From assembly GCA_001938485.1 (NCBI GenBank), contig MQRK01244405.1, forward strand, positions 27,215 through 86,167: a DNA stretch of 58,953 bases, in the 5' to 3' direction. This document shows, in pieces, positions 39,891-50,705 of the stretch (position 1 is the stretch's first letter; the number at the start of each line of letters is the position of its first letter). Origin of the DNA: Girardia tigrina (taxonomy: Eukaryota). Below the pieces are notes generated by a model. That model ran no database searches. It was not told the origin of the DNA and saw nothing but the letters and a program-made list of their open reading frames with translations. A program made the position numbers and the translations under genes.

Positions 39891-41114
39891 GTTGGGGAAA
39901 AAGTAATCCATTATTTTAATTCATTATTTATCGATCAAACAATTTCAAATTTATGCTCTTTGTCAAGGTAACATTTCACAGTAATTTCACAAAAATTTTT
40001 TTGCTTTTTTTTATTCAGTTCTGAGTTACAGGGTGTTAAAAATGGAAATCAACAAAGAAAAAATTCGGTACATTTTACAGTTTTTATTCGATAAAGGCGA
40101 AAATGCAAGCCAGGCGGCTGTTATTGTGAATGGTGTTTATGGTGCCAATACTGTAACAACTAATTACACGAAATTTTGGTTTCGTCGATTCCGTTGAGGC
40201 ATTTTTGATGTCAAAGATGCACCTCCCACATGCAGGCCTATCGTTGAAAATGTCGATAAAATCTCGGCAATGATCGAAGTTGACCGGCATGTTAGTAGTC
40301 GTAGCATCGCACAGGAGCTGGAGATCGACCACAAAACGGTTTTAAACCATCGATGTTTGGGTTCCACACCAATTAACACCAAAAAACATGATGGATCGAA
40401 TTTCCATCTGCGAAGCCTTGGCCAAACGAAATGAAATCGACCCATTTCTTAAACAGATGGTTACTTGGGATGAGAAATGGGTCACATACGACAATATTGT
40501 ACGAAAACGATCGTGGTCAAAGCATGGTGAAGCACCTCAAACGGTCGCAAAACCAGGACTAACGGCCAGGAAGGTTCTACTGTGTATTTGGTGGGACTGG
40601 AAAGGAATCATTTATTATGAGTTGCTTCCGTATGGCCAAACACTAAATTAAGATCTGAACTGTCAACAACTGGACCGTGTGAAGATAGCAATTGATGAGA
40701 AACGACCAGAATTGGCCAACAGAAGAGGTGTTGTGTTCCATCACGACAACGCCAGACCACATACGTCTGTAGTGACTCGCCAGAAACTCAGTGAGTTTGC
40801 TTGGGAAGTATTAATGCATCCACCATATAGTTCGGACCTGGCACAAAGCGATTACCATCTTTTTCTCGCATTGCAAAATTTCATGAGTGATAAGAAATTG
40901 GGATCAATAGAAGATTGTGAAAATCGATTTCTACAGTTTTGCACCAATAAGGACCAAGACTTCTACGAGATAGACATTATGAAGCTACCTTCAAAATGGC
41001 AACTAATTATACAAAAAACGGTGCATATTTGACTCCCAGAGGACAATCCGAAACATATTAAATAAAGTTTTGAATTTCACCCAAGAATAATGGATTTCTT
41101 TTTCCCCAACCTAA
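39887..41114 (+). mobile_element. mariner transposon (possibly mellifera-like), decayed, next to a (TA)n run
   Basis: TIRs TTAGGTTGGGGAAAAAG and CTTTTTCCCCAACCTAA. MEINKEKIRYILQFLFDKGENASQ from 40042, WVPHQL, DEKW, HDNARPH. Confidence 0.93.
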
Positions 41115-41794
41115 TATTAATAGGTTAGTAAATAAATAACGGATTGATCAGTAAAACACTTAATAATATCGGATTGGACTTGACAAATAAAAGAAAACCC
41201 ATTGTTCAATAACATTCCTTTATTAACCCAAATAAACTGTACCAAGAAAATCATTCTTGGTTTAATCTCGGTTACTTCAAATATTTCGATTTTTGAGAGT
41301 TAAAAGTAACTTTTATTAATTTCGCTATTACTTATTAAACTCATTTTTTCGTGATCGCAATAATTGACCTTCATCTTATCAGTCTGTTCAATTGTTAATT
41401 AATCGTGATTATATATACAGTTATTGAAGTTGAATTTTTTCCTTTCACAACTATTGTATTTTGTTCAGAAGCGAATTCGCGGATTACTTAAGATATCGTT
41501 AAAATCCCCTAATTCATTTTTTACAATATATATGTTATGCCGAATTCGTGAACTAGGCAAAAAAATTGCCGAATTCACGAATTAGATAAAATATTTTGCC
41601 GAGTTCGTGAATTCGGCAACAGTTTGCTGAAATAGTGTAATAACCGAATTTATGAACTGGTCAATTTTTGACGAATTCACTAACTATATGAAAAATTTTC
41701 ATTTAAAATGAAAGATTATGTATTTATTAATATGAAAAAATATCAATTTATCATTAAAAACAAAAACACGCCATTTGTTAAATTTATTTTTTAC

Positions 41795-41833
41795 GGCAAT
41801 TAATTTCGACGGTATAACCGTCATCGTCAGGTC
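41795..41833 (-). ncRNA. Minimal hammerhead ribozyme (inverted copy)
   Basis: GAC-CTGACGA-T-GACGG-TTATA-CCGTC-GAAA-TTAA-TT-GCC. One stem I mismatch. Confidence 0.75.
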
Positions 41834-42570
41834 TCAAGAAAGAAATGAATTTTAAATCTGCTTATATAGGCAAGCAGTGATTGTGTCATCAATGGATTAT
41901 TGTCATCTAAACACGCTTAATAGGGTTTTCGAGAGACCCGTTTGCACATTAATCTTAGGATCTAAAGACCTGATATAAAGTGCTTCACAGGTCACCCTCT
42001 CCCAATAGTTTTTAAAACGAGAACACAGAATTTCAAAATCATTTATGTTTGTTTTCATTCAACTTACAACCCTTTCTGTGTTCTGCAATATTACTCCCAC
42101 CTTCATTCCCATGTTAATTTAAAAGTAATATCACAAACATATAAAATCCAAAATGTGTTTTGTAATAAATCTCCAACCCCATTTGGATTATGTTCGGATC
42201 TCGTATATAAATTTACATGTAATGGGTGTAATGCCACATACATTGGAGAGACGTCCCGTCATCTGTGTAAGAGAATCCAAGAACATGGTCGGAATGAAGG
42301 TGGGAGTAATATTGTAGAACTCAGAAAGGGTTGTAAGTTGAATGAAAACATAAACATAAATGATTTTAAAATTCTGTGTTCTCGTTTTAAAAACTATTGG
42401 GAGAGGGTGGCCTGTGAAGCACTTTATATCAGATCTTTAGATCCTAAGATTAATGTGCAAACGGGTCTCTCGAAAACCCTATTGAGCGTGTTTAAATGAC
42501 ATAATAATCCATTGATGACATAATCACTGCTTACCTATATAAGCAGATTTAAAATTCATTTCTTTCTTGA

Positions 42571-42609
42571 GACCTGACGATGACGGTTATACCGTCGAAA
42601 TTAATTGTC
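42571..42609 (+). ncRNA. Minimal type I hammerhead ribozyme
   Basis: GAC-CTGACGA-T-GACGG-TTATA-CCGTC-GAAA-TTAA-TT-GTC. All stems pair, stem III is the palindrome ATTAAT, predicted cleavage triplet AUU. Confidence 0.85.
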
Positions 42610-42752
42610 GTAAAAAAATAAATTTAACAAATGGCGTGTTTTCGTTTTTAAACATAATTTGCCATTATTTTTTAATTTTTTGAATTATCATTAAAAATTA
42701 TCAATTTAATATGAAAAAATAAATTAAATAGGAAAAAATCTTATTTCATTAT

Positions 42753-43187
42753 TGTGAGGAATATTTGAATGTTTGATGTTTTGTGTTTGAATGTGTATGT
42801 TGATTTGGAAATGTCTCCTACCCAGATGGATGATTAATATTTTAATTCTTATTATCTTAAAATATGTAATGTTTAAATTTATTTTTAATTTCAAATAATT
42901 TTAAAATTTTAAATAAGTTAATTAATTTTTATAATATTTAATAAATAAATCAAATTAATATTTTTAAAATAATTAATTATTATTTTAATTATTATCCAAT
43001 AAGTTTTGAGTGAATATTTTATTTAAATATTTATTTCCCCATTCTCTAAAAAAGTAATGAGAATTAAACCATTAATCAATTTCACTTTGAATGCAAATGT
43101 ACGAAAGTTTTGACAAAGATTGTCTTAAGGACAATCAAAATTGTTGTTTAAATAAAAATATAAAAAATCAAATTGGTGTTCTTAATA
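42753..43187 (+). mobile_element. Solo LTR of a Gypsy family related to the 8222-14150 element
   Basis: TGTGAGGAATA...TTCTTAATA, 5-bp TSD ATTAT, AATAAA near the end, sequence blocks shared with the LTR at 8222-8685. Confidence 0.8.
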
Positions 43188-43309
43188 ATTATGCCAAAAT
43201 AGACTCCAAATGTAAAATTTTTATTCATAGTTATTTAAACTTCTTCCTTGGTGACAAGCTGAATTGCAGACATTTATATTTTAAAAGCATTTTATCATAG
43301 TAAAATGAT

Positions 43310-43625
43310 AATTTTCATATTAAATTGATATTTTTTCGTATTAAATTGATTTTTTTTCGTATTAAATTGATTTTTTTCATATTAAATTGATATTTTTCGT
43401 ATTAAAAACATAATTTTAGTATTAAATCGATATTTTTTCATATTAATTTGATATTTTTTTCGTATTAAATTGATTTTTTCATATTAAATTGATATTTTTC
43501 GTATTAAAAACATAATTTTCTTATTAAATCGATATTCTTTCATATTAAATTTATATTTTTTCAAATTAAATTGATTTTTTCATATTGAATTGATTTTTTT
43601 CATATTAAATATTAATGATATTAAA
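43310..43625. repeat. AT-rich minisatellite, unit about 20 bp (TATTAAATTGATTTTTTTCG/CA)
   Basis: Roughly 15 imperfect tandem copies. Confidence 0.85.
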
Positions 43626-44169
43626 TTAATATCCATTTCATAATTGAATTAAATTTTTTTTTAATTGCCGAGTTCGTGAATTCGGCAATCACACAAATTC
43701 GGAATAGCACATATATATATACATATATTAATTTATTAATCATTTATTAAGTTATTAATACTTTTTCGCGTTATATAAACTACTTATAATTTATAATTCA
43801 GTTAATATTGTTCAGGAACTCCGATGGAACCGTTTCTTCTAAATTGAGACCTTAAAAAGTTTTTTCGATCAAATCTTCACATGATCATTAATTGTCATCG
43901 AGAATGAGCAGAGATTGGAGAAATTTGTGACAAAATGTCAAGTTGAAATATGTAAGGATATACATTGAATACTCAAAACTACGGTCGCTGTGTAGAGCAT
44001 CTTTGACTTGTGTTGGAGATTATTCTTATCAACCGGCTACTGGTGCATCTGCCGTGACTATGTCGGTAAGATTTGTCGTCACCGCATTTGATATCAGTGG
44101 GTTATATTGACCGGCATTGTGTTTATGCCATGTCGAGTTGGAATATTTGATATTCGACACTATGCACAT

Positions 44170-44946
44170 CAATAAGATCGCACACAAAAGGTCGCGCTTC
44201 AAAAGGGCGTGCACAAAATGTCGCCAAACAAAAGATCGACGGGCTAAAAAGATAGCCGCATATAAGATCGCCTGCAGACCGCATTAATATCGCCTTTCAA
44301 GAAGACTTCTAAAAAACCAATATTAGCTTACTTGATATTAAAGAATATAATAACGAAGACAATAATATTATTGATTATAAAATTTAAAAAAAATATATTT
44401 TGTTATATAAATCTTATCATAAACCGTAGACATGGAAAGTAGACAAGGATTTAGCCAACTTCTAGGTGCTCACCATCCTACCATCTGGAAGTTTATTGAC
44501 GGAATAAAAAAAGAACAGAGCCTGAACGAAATGAGGCTGGAGAAATACGTTTCTGGTCAGCAACCTCCAGCTGGAAAACGGGTATATAAAGACACTGCTG
44601 ACCGGATCAAAACTATTGTAGCAGACTATGGACTTCGACCAATAACCGATTATCTCCGGGGTATTGCTCACAACTTGAGTTTGCAAAATNNNNNNNNNNN
44701 NNNNNNNNNNNNNNNNNNNNNNNNNNNNNNNNNNNNNNNNNNNNNNNNNNNNNNNNNNNNNNNNNNNNNNNNNNNNNNNNNNNNNNNNNNNNNNNNNNNN
44801 NNNNNNNNNNTATTAAGGTATGGTGGCGCGATATTAATGCGGTCTGCAGGCGATCTTATATGCGGCTATCTTTTTAGCCCGTCGATCTTTTGTTTGGCGA
44901 CATTTTGTGCACGACCTTTTGAAGCGCGATCTTATTGACGTAAACC
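44170..44946 (+). mobile_element. Mutator/MULE-like non-autonomous element
   Basis: TIRs of about 120 bp built from about 15-bp subrepeats. ATGCACAT duplicated at 44162 and 44947. Internal HHPTIWKFIDGIKKEQ...YLRGIAHNL. Confidence 0.85.
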
Positions 44947-45752
44947 ATGCACATTTTGGTTAGATTTTTTATTGTTGTACCTGAAAGATGTAATTTGTTT
45001 GTAAGCAGGTTGTCGTTATCGGCGGGCCAAGATCCTAAACAGCCGAAGATTGGAGAAAATTGATTGAGTAAAGAGCCTTCAAAAATAGGTTTCTAAATTC
45101 CACGGACACACACGCATATATATATATATAGACAGACAAAAATGGCAGAGCCATGAGTAAAATACTGCCATATTAATGACGCGCGTCGAGCTCGGACTGG
45201 AGTCGTCCATTGAGCCCGGGATCCATTAGCCGCATCAGGTAAAACCTCAATAGCGAGCAGATTGTCCGCTGCCTAGTGCAACGCCTCAAACTAGTCTCTC
45301 ACAAAGGTTCACCCACAAGAACGGCTCCACTAAAATGGTTGTCAGAGACACAAATCCATGGGCTTGGGAAGTTCTAAGCGCCAGGTTGTACTCACAATCA
45401 AAGACAAACCAAAGACAATGACCAGCTCTTACAGGTTAGCTTGTGAGAAGACCACTATATGGAAAGCAAGCTGATAAAAGAATGGAATTAATTTGTCATG
45501 ACATTTAGAAATGAATTAGTTGCCATGGCAACTAATGAATTATTAACGATTTTGCGATGAGCAATCAATTAAATACAAGACGAGACCAGCAAGAACTACC
45601 ATGTCTCTGTCACCAGCGGTCAGTCGCCAGGAAGCCCGAGGACGGTATCGAACAAGTGGCTATGGGTTTTCTCTCAGTACAACCTTAAATTAAAATCGAA
45701 TTGTGTCGCTTCATTCTCGAGTGTCTGTGATTGATGATAATGAGTGACCGAC

Positions 45753-46005
45753 CTGGACGAGATAGAGAATCCTGTTCTGCACGATAATCGGCACATCGCA
45801 TCTCGGCTGTTGGGCGCTGTAGTTGTTGACGATGACTTTCTCGAATTCGGTGAGGAAATCACGAGAAATGACGACCAAATGGAACCGGTAACCGCAATTC
45901 TTGACGCAGGTCTCCAGCAGCGTGAGTGTGTACAAAATAACCGGAATTTCTTTATTGATTTCCGTTACAAAACGTCGTTTGAGTGCTCTAATCGCTATTT
46001 TCGGT
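45753..46005 (-). CDS. TOM1: TOM1-family exon 3 (VHS)
   Basis: ttccag / gtcggt, 253 nt, GPKIAIRALKRR...LTLLETCVKNCGYRFH...ILYLVQ. Confidence 0.95.
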
Positions 46006-46440
46006 CTGGAAATTTCATTTGTTCGTTAAAAATTACTTTAAAAAAATATTTTTCGGCTCTACTACAATTTCTATCGTTGAAATTAATTTTAAATTCACGA
46101 TAATAATAAATTTAAATAAAATAAATCAAATTACTATAATTAAAATTTAATTAAATAATTATATTTAAATTCAAATAAAAATAATAAATTGAATTAATTA
46201 TTTATATTTAAATTTAAAATTAATTTGAAATATTAATTAATTTAATTAAATTAGAATTTCTAATTAATTTTAAAAATAAAATAGCAATAAATTTAATTAA
46301 AATAAATTAAATATAACTAAATTTAAAGTAATATTATTTTTTTAAAAAATTATTAATTTCATTAAACTATTTCAATTTCTCTGTAAAAATCGCTCTGACG
46401 ACAATCGAGTAGAGCCACAATTTCTCTGATCGATAATTAC

Positions 46441-46525
46441 CCGTCTTCTGTCGAATTGATCAAATCACAAACTTCCATAAACAATGTCCAATTTTCGCAT
46501 TCGTTTTTTGAATCAGTTGCTTTTT
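46441..46525 (-). CDS. TOM1: TOM1-family exon 2 (VHS)
   Basis: gaacag / gtaatt, 85 nt, [29 protein letters not shown]. Confidence 0.95.
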
Positions 46526-46614
46526 CTGTTCGAAAACAAATTGAGAAAAACAATCGAAATTCGTACATGAGAATTGAAGAAAAAAATTTTTTATTTTTAA
46601 TTAACAAAATTAAC

Positions 46615-46687
46615 CTATCAAGGAACCGATTTGGTTATTAAATGGATTGCCCTGGAAAAAATCTACAATTGAATTTGTAACATTCAT
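46615..46687 (-). CDS. TOM1: TOM1-family exon 1
   Basis: ATG at 46687. [24 protein letters not shown] (compare MDFLLGNPFSSPVGQRI), phase-1 gttaat donor. Confidence 0.92.
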
Positions 46688-48399
46688 ATTGATGTTAGAA
46701 AATTATTTATTTGATATTTTAGTCGATTGAACGATTTAAACAAACTGTTTTTTTTGGGAATAAAGTTCGTTTAGCATTCATTATTAATTGTTATTCATTA
46801 TTAAGTGTTATTCGTTCTACGAAATTTTTGATCTGAATTTTTTCGCTGATAATTATACTTGGAAAATCTTGGGAAAATTGTTATTTCAATGAATCCTATT
46901 GTTTTCCCGATTTTCTGCTTTTTCTCCAATAGAATAATGTGATATTTGAAAATAGATGTTTTAAATTTATTTATCAATATGAATTATATTCTTATTATCA
47001 ATTTAAAAGTATTCTACAGCAATCCCTTATTCCAAGAAAAACTTTTTTTACTATTTTTTAATACTTTCTCATTTTATTGGAAATAATTTTTTATTTGCAA
47101 CAAATTGCAGTATGTTATGTAGTGCTTGCAGCATCAAAACTTCTGTGTTGTGTAGTGATAAATCGGACAAAATATTTTTTTTAATTTCTAAATGTTTGAA
47201 AGAAATTATAATTAATCAAAATAATTTTTAAGTTATCAAAAAATAAAAAATCCGTATCATTAAATCGAGTCTAGTGTTATAACTTAACACTGAACATCAG
47301 TCTTCAGATAAAACTTACTCGATCAAGATAATAAGTGTCATTGACTAACTCATTTTCACGCACGTTTAAATTTTCCATGGAAATTTATGATAAATCATTT
47401 TTAAAAATGATGGCACAGAAAATTTAAAACTTTTGTTTCTTCTGAAGGGCGAGTAATGAAAACTATTTATTTAAATCTAATTCGTTGATTATGATTCAAT
47501 AAAAGTGTTGAGTGTTTCGTGTGTTTGTAAGTTAATAAAAGAACACAAAAATTTTATATTACAAAAATGTATTTTATATATATATATCTACAATTTGTTA
47601 ACAAGTAATAATGTTCTACAAGTAACGAGTAATATTTTATTGGCCCCTGGCCGATTTTATACTTAAAGACCGTGAGCCTTTAGCAACAACTCGGATTAAT
47701 TATATGTTTTGAAGTTTAGCCTCACACTTTACAGTGTGTTTATATAAAAATATATAATCTTTTAGTAGTTATTTTTAATAATTACTTTTTCTTTTTTTAT
47801 TTTCTTTTACTCTCGTCTAAATCCCTTCGATTCGATTGTTAAATTAAGTTATACAATTGCGCATTATTTCAGTGTGTTTTTTCTCTTTATTTTGAGCGTT
47901 CAAATTCGCTCTTTAAATATAACATTTGGCATTTAATTTATGCGACACTTAGATGTCGTCTGGACGAGATTCTATTTCAAAACTAATTTTCAAATAATTC
48001 TTTTGGCCTTTTATATATCAACGGATTTTCTCACTTTTTACATTATTTTGTTCGCAGAACTATTCTAGGAGTTACGATAATTTTGTCGGATTTTTATCTG
48101 TTCATTTTCATAAGTTATTTCCATTTTATCAATTACTGATCCGTAAATATTCGTCTTTCTACCAATATTTGTACTTTTATATCATTTTATGTGCATTTGA
48201 CACTTTTTGTTATCTGTTTATTATAATTCATATGTTTTGTATGAACTTTTCTTGTTTCTTGTCATTCATGATCGTTTTTGATTATTTTGTCTTAATTTAA
48301 ATTTTAATGTTTTATATATTCTATTTTAAATTTTGAATTCTATCGCAACATATTGAACCTACGGAGTCATATTCGACGAGATTTAAACTTTCAGTAACA

Positions 48400-48900
48400 A
48401 ATCCGTCTATTCGAAAGAATATTTCTTTAAGCTAATTCCATTGAAGCTAATAGCTTCTAAAATATTCACTATCACATCTCTCATATAATGGATTTTTCGC
48501 CCTGAAAATCCGTTTGACTGATTTTATATAAAAATTAGAATTCTTGTCTAATTCCAAAACTCTAATTCAATTGTTTTCATCTTGTTCTATACCTTGAAAA
48601 TATCCAACAAATCCTTCGCTTTCAATGGTAACGCATTCACTATCATATTTCTCTCAAAGTTGAATGTACACTCTACTAATCCATTAAACTGACGTTCATT
48701 TAGATATGAGAAAATCGTGTATGTTACTGAAACTTTGATACTTTTGTTTTAATTTCGCTCCTTGAAATGTCTTAAATCTATCTGACAATAAAGATTTGGG
48801 TTTTCCATAACCATAAATCAAAATATTCAGTATGGTTTTAACTATTAATTTCTCTTCTTAATTTCAAAAATCCTCGAGAGGTATAATTTTGCAAAAGTTA
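48400..48900 (-). pseudogene. Heavily decayed retroviral-type (Gypsy-like) integrase core
   Basis: YGKPKSLLSDR and QFNGLVE remnants, many stops. Confidence 0.5.
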
Positions 48901-49824
48901 AGACTCTTCTAGCATTTGGTTATGTTTCAAGCATCTTCGTATAGGAATATGATTTATATTTCCGAAATATTATTGATAGTTTATCTTTATCAATAAAATT
49001 AAAAGTATAAGTTGTACAACATACTTCATTCATCCACCCAACATTAATGAGGACAGAATAATTTATACGATTAAATTTAATAAGTTTTAATTCAGACACA
49101 AAATAATTATTGTAGATGTGTTGGGTATTAAATTATCTTTAATTTAAATATTCATTTTTTAAAACACAAATCTTAAATCTTTATCTTTAATTCTTTATTC
49201 TTTAATCAATAATCTTTAATCAATAATTCTTAATCAATAATCTTTAATCTTTGATCTGACTCCAATTAATCAGAAGGGACTTCCAACATAAATATATGAA
49301 TAACGAACACAAATTCTTTTATGAAACTTTATTTCAAATAACAAATATCGACAAGTCAAAAATAATAATAATAATTCAATTCTTGATGACAGAACAAAAC
49401 ACAAAACAATATTTCGTACGAGTTAATAGATTACAGCAAAAACTGTGAATCTCCCAAAACGAACGATATTGTACTTTTTAGAATAAACCTTTTTCTCCCA
49501 TACAGGATACTTATGGTTTATCAATATTTTAAAAGAATAAAATAAAAATAAGTTTTGTATTTACGTTACTTGTTATAGAGACTTCTTCTTGAGTAAATTT
49601 CTTGCAGATATTTTTGGGCAAACTAAAACTAAATTTGCTGCTGTTTATATAGCAGTTTTCATCAGCCTTGAAAATTGATGAGATAAGACAAAGACTAAAA
49701 TATTTATAATTTTTGATGAAGTAAAACAAACATTTATAATTTTTAATTCCAAGTTTTGTTAAACTACATATTATTTTGTTTGAAATTAATAATTTTACTA
49801 AAAGAATTATTTAAAAATTTTCCT

Positions 49825-50683
49825 TTATAAAATTTTATCAAAAGTGTTCACATGTATTTTTCGAAACCCTAACAGATGATCTGAAAGATAAAAATTGTCA
49901 AATAGATCATATCCCTTCCACTTCATTATAAGCGTTCCCGACTGTGATGGATAACTGTGATGTATATTATAAATAATACTCAGTACTGGTGCACAAGGCG
50001 GAAACCATTTGGCAAATACAAAGTTTTCTAATCTTTTCACACGACTTTGAATGCACGAACACGCTTCGGCTTTCCTCTAAGAAAGGATCCTTCATGTTCC
50101 TTCGTTCCGTGATTCTGAAGACCTTTAGCTGTATAAACGCACTTAGTGCAACGGGGAAGTGGGCAGTGAAACATTCTCCTATCCATTATATTATCTAGCC
50201 GAATACTTAGTACCATATTATGGATTACTCCTGGATATTTCTCACTAGTTACACCGACAGATATTAGCATAAAATGTTCCGTGTTCAAGTTCCTAGGTCC
50301 AGTACGCCTCTCTGTTTCTGCTCTGTGTACTGCTTGGGTGTTCATAGTACCTTGGATTCGATGATCAATTAATAAATGCCGTTGTAGTCATCCATCATTT
50401 TTTAACTTTTGTGACAGTTCTTCATAGGACATATGAATGAATCACCACTTCTCTGTGTCCTCGGCACGGTGGTTAGAGGCACATTCTTAATGTGTCTTGT
50501 GAGTGCGTTCTGCTCAGCAAATTCCTTAAAGCAAGAGGGGAATGTACAAGATACTCGTTTGATATGCTGATGAAACATTTTCAGATATTCTTTCTCGTGC
50601 TTGACTACCTCTTTGGTTCCTTTGATCAGGTATTTAAATTCATCATCGTTGTCGAGAAGATCGCTTTCATTTAGAATCTTCAT
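49825..50683 (-). pseudogene. Disrupted ORF with three C2H2-type zinc fingers and a possible chromo-like C-terminus
   Basis: CTFPSC..LTRHIKNVP, CPMKNC..LQRHLLIDH (across a frameshift and stop), CPLPRC..LQNHGTKEH, then LIMKWKGYD. Confidence 0.6.
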
Positions 50684-50705
50684 TATAAATTTTTAACGTA
50701 TAAAC

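Larger units (their letters stand above)
41761..42684 (+). mobile_element. Penelope-like element, 5'-truncated, with inverted pseudo-LTR
   Basis: ORF 42155-42499 has LVYKFTCNGCNATYIGETSRHLCKRIQEH (GIY-YIG). About 41755-42115 is an inverted near-copy of about 42282-42650. 13-bp direct repeat TTATCATTAAAAA at 41748-41760 and 42685-42697. Confidence 0.92.
41533..43709. mobile_element. Non-autonomous TIR element with GCCGAATTCGTGAA subterminal repeats, hosting nested insertions
   Basis: Ends TGTTATGCCGAATT and AATTCGGAATAGCA in an AT-repeat context. Palindromic subrepeats at both ends. Superfamily unclear. Confidence 0.55.

Noticed and set aside
43310-43625. Regular repeats as a CRISPR-like array
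   Set aside because: Eukaryotic context, no unique spacers, no cas genes; it is a minisatellite.
45225-45350. Possible HDV-like ribozyme on minus (GCGG-CTAA-TGGATC)
   Set aside because: I could not build consistent P1, P2, P3 and L3 elements.
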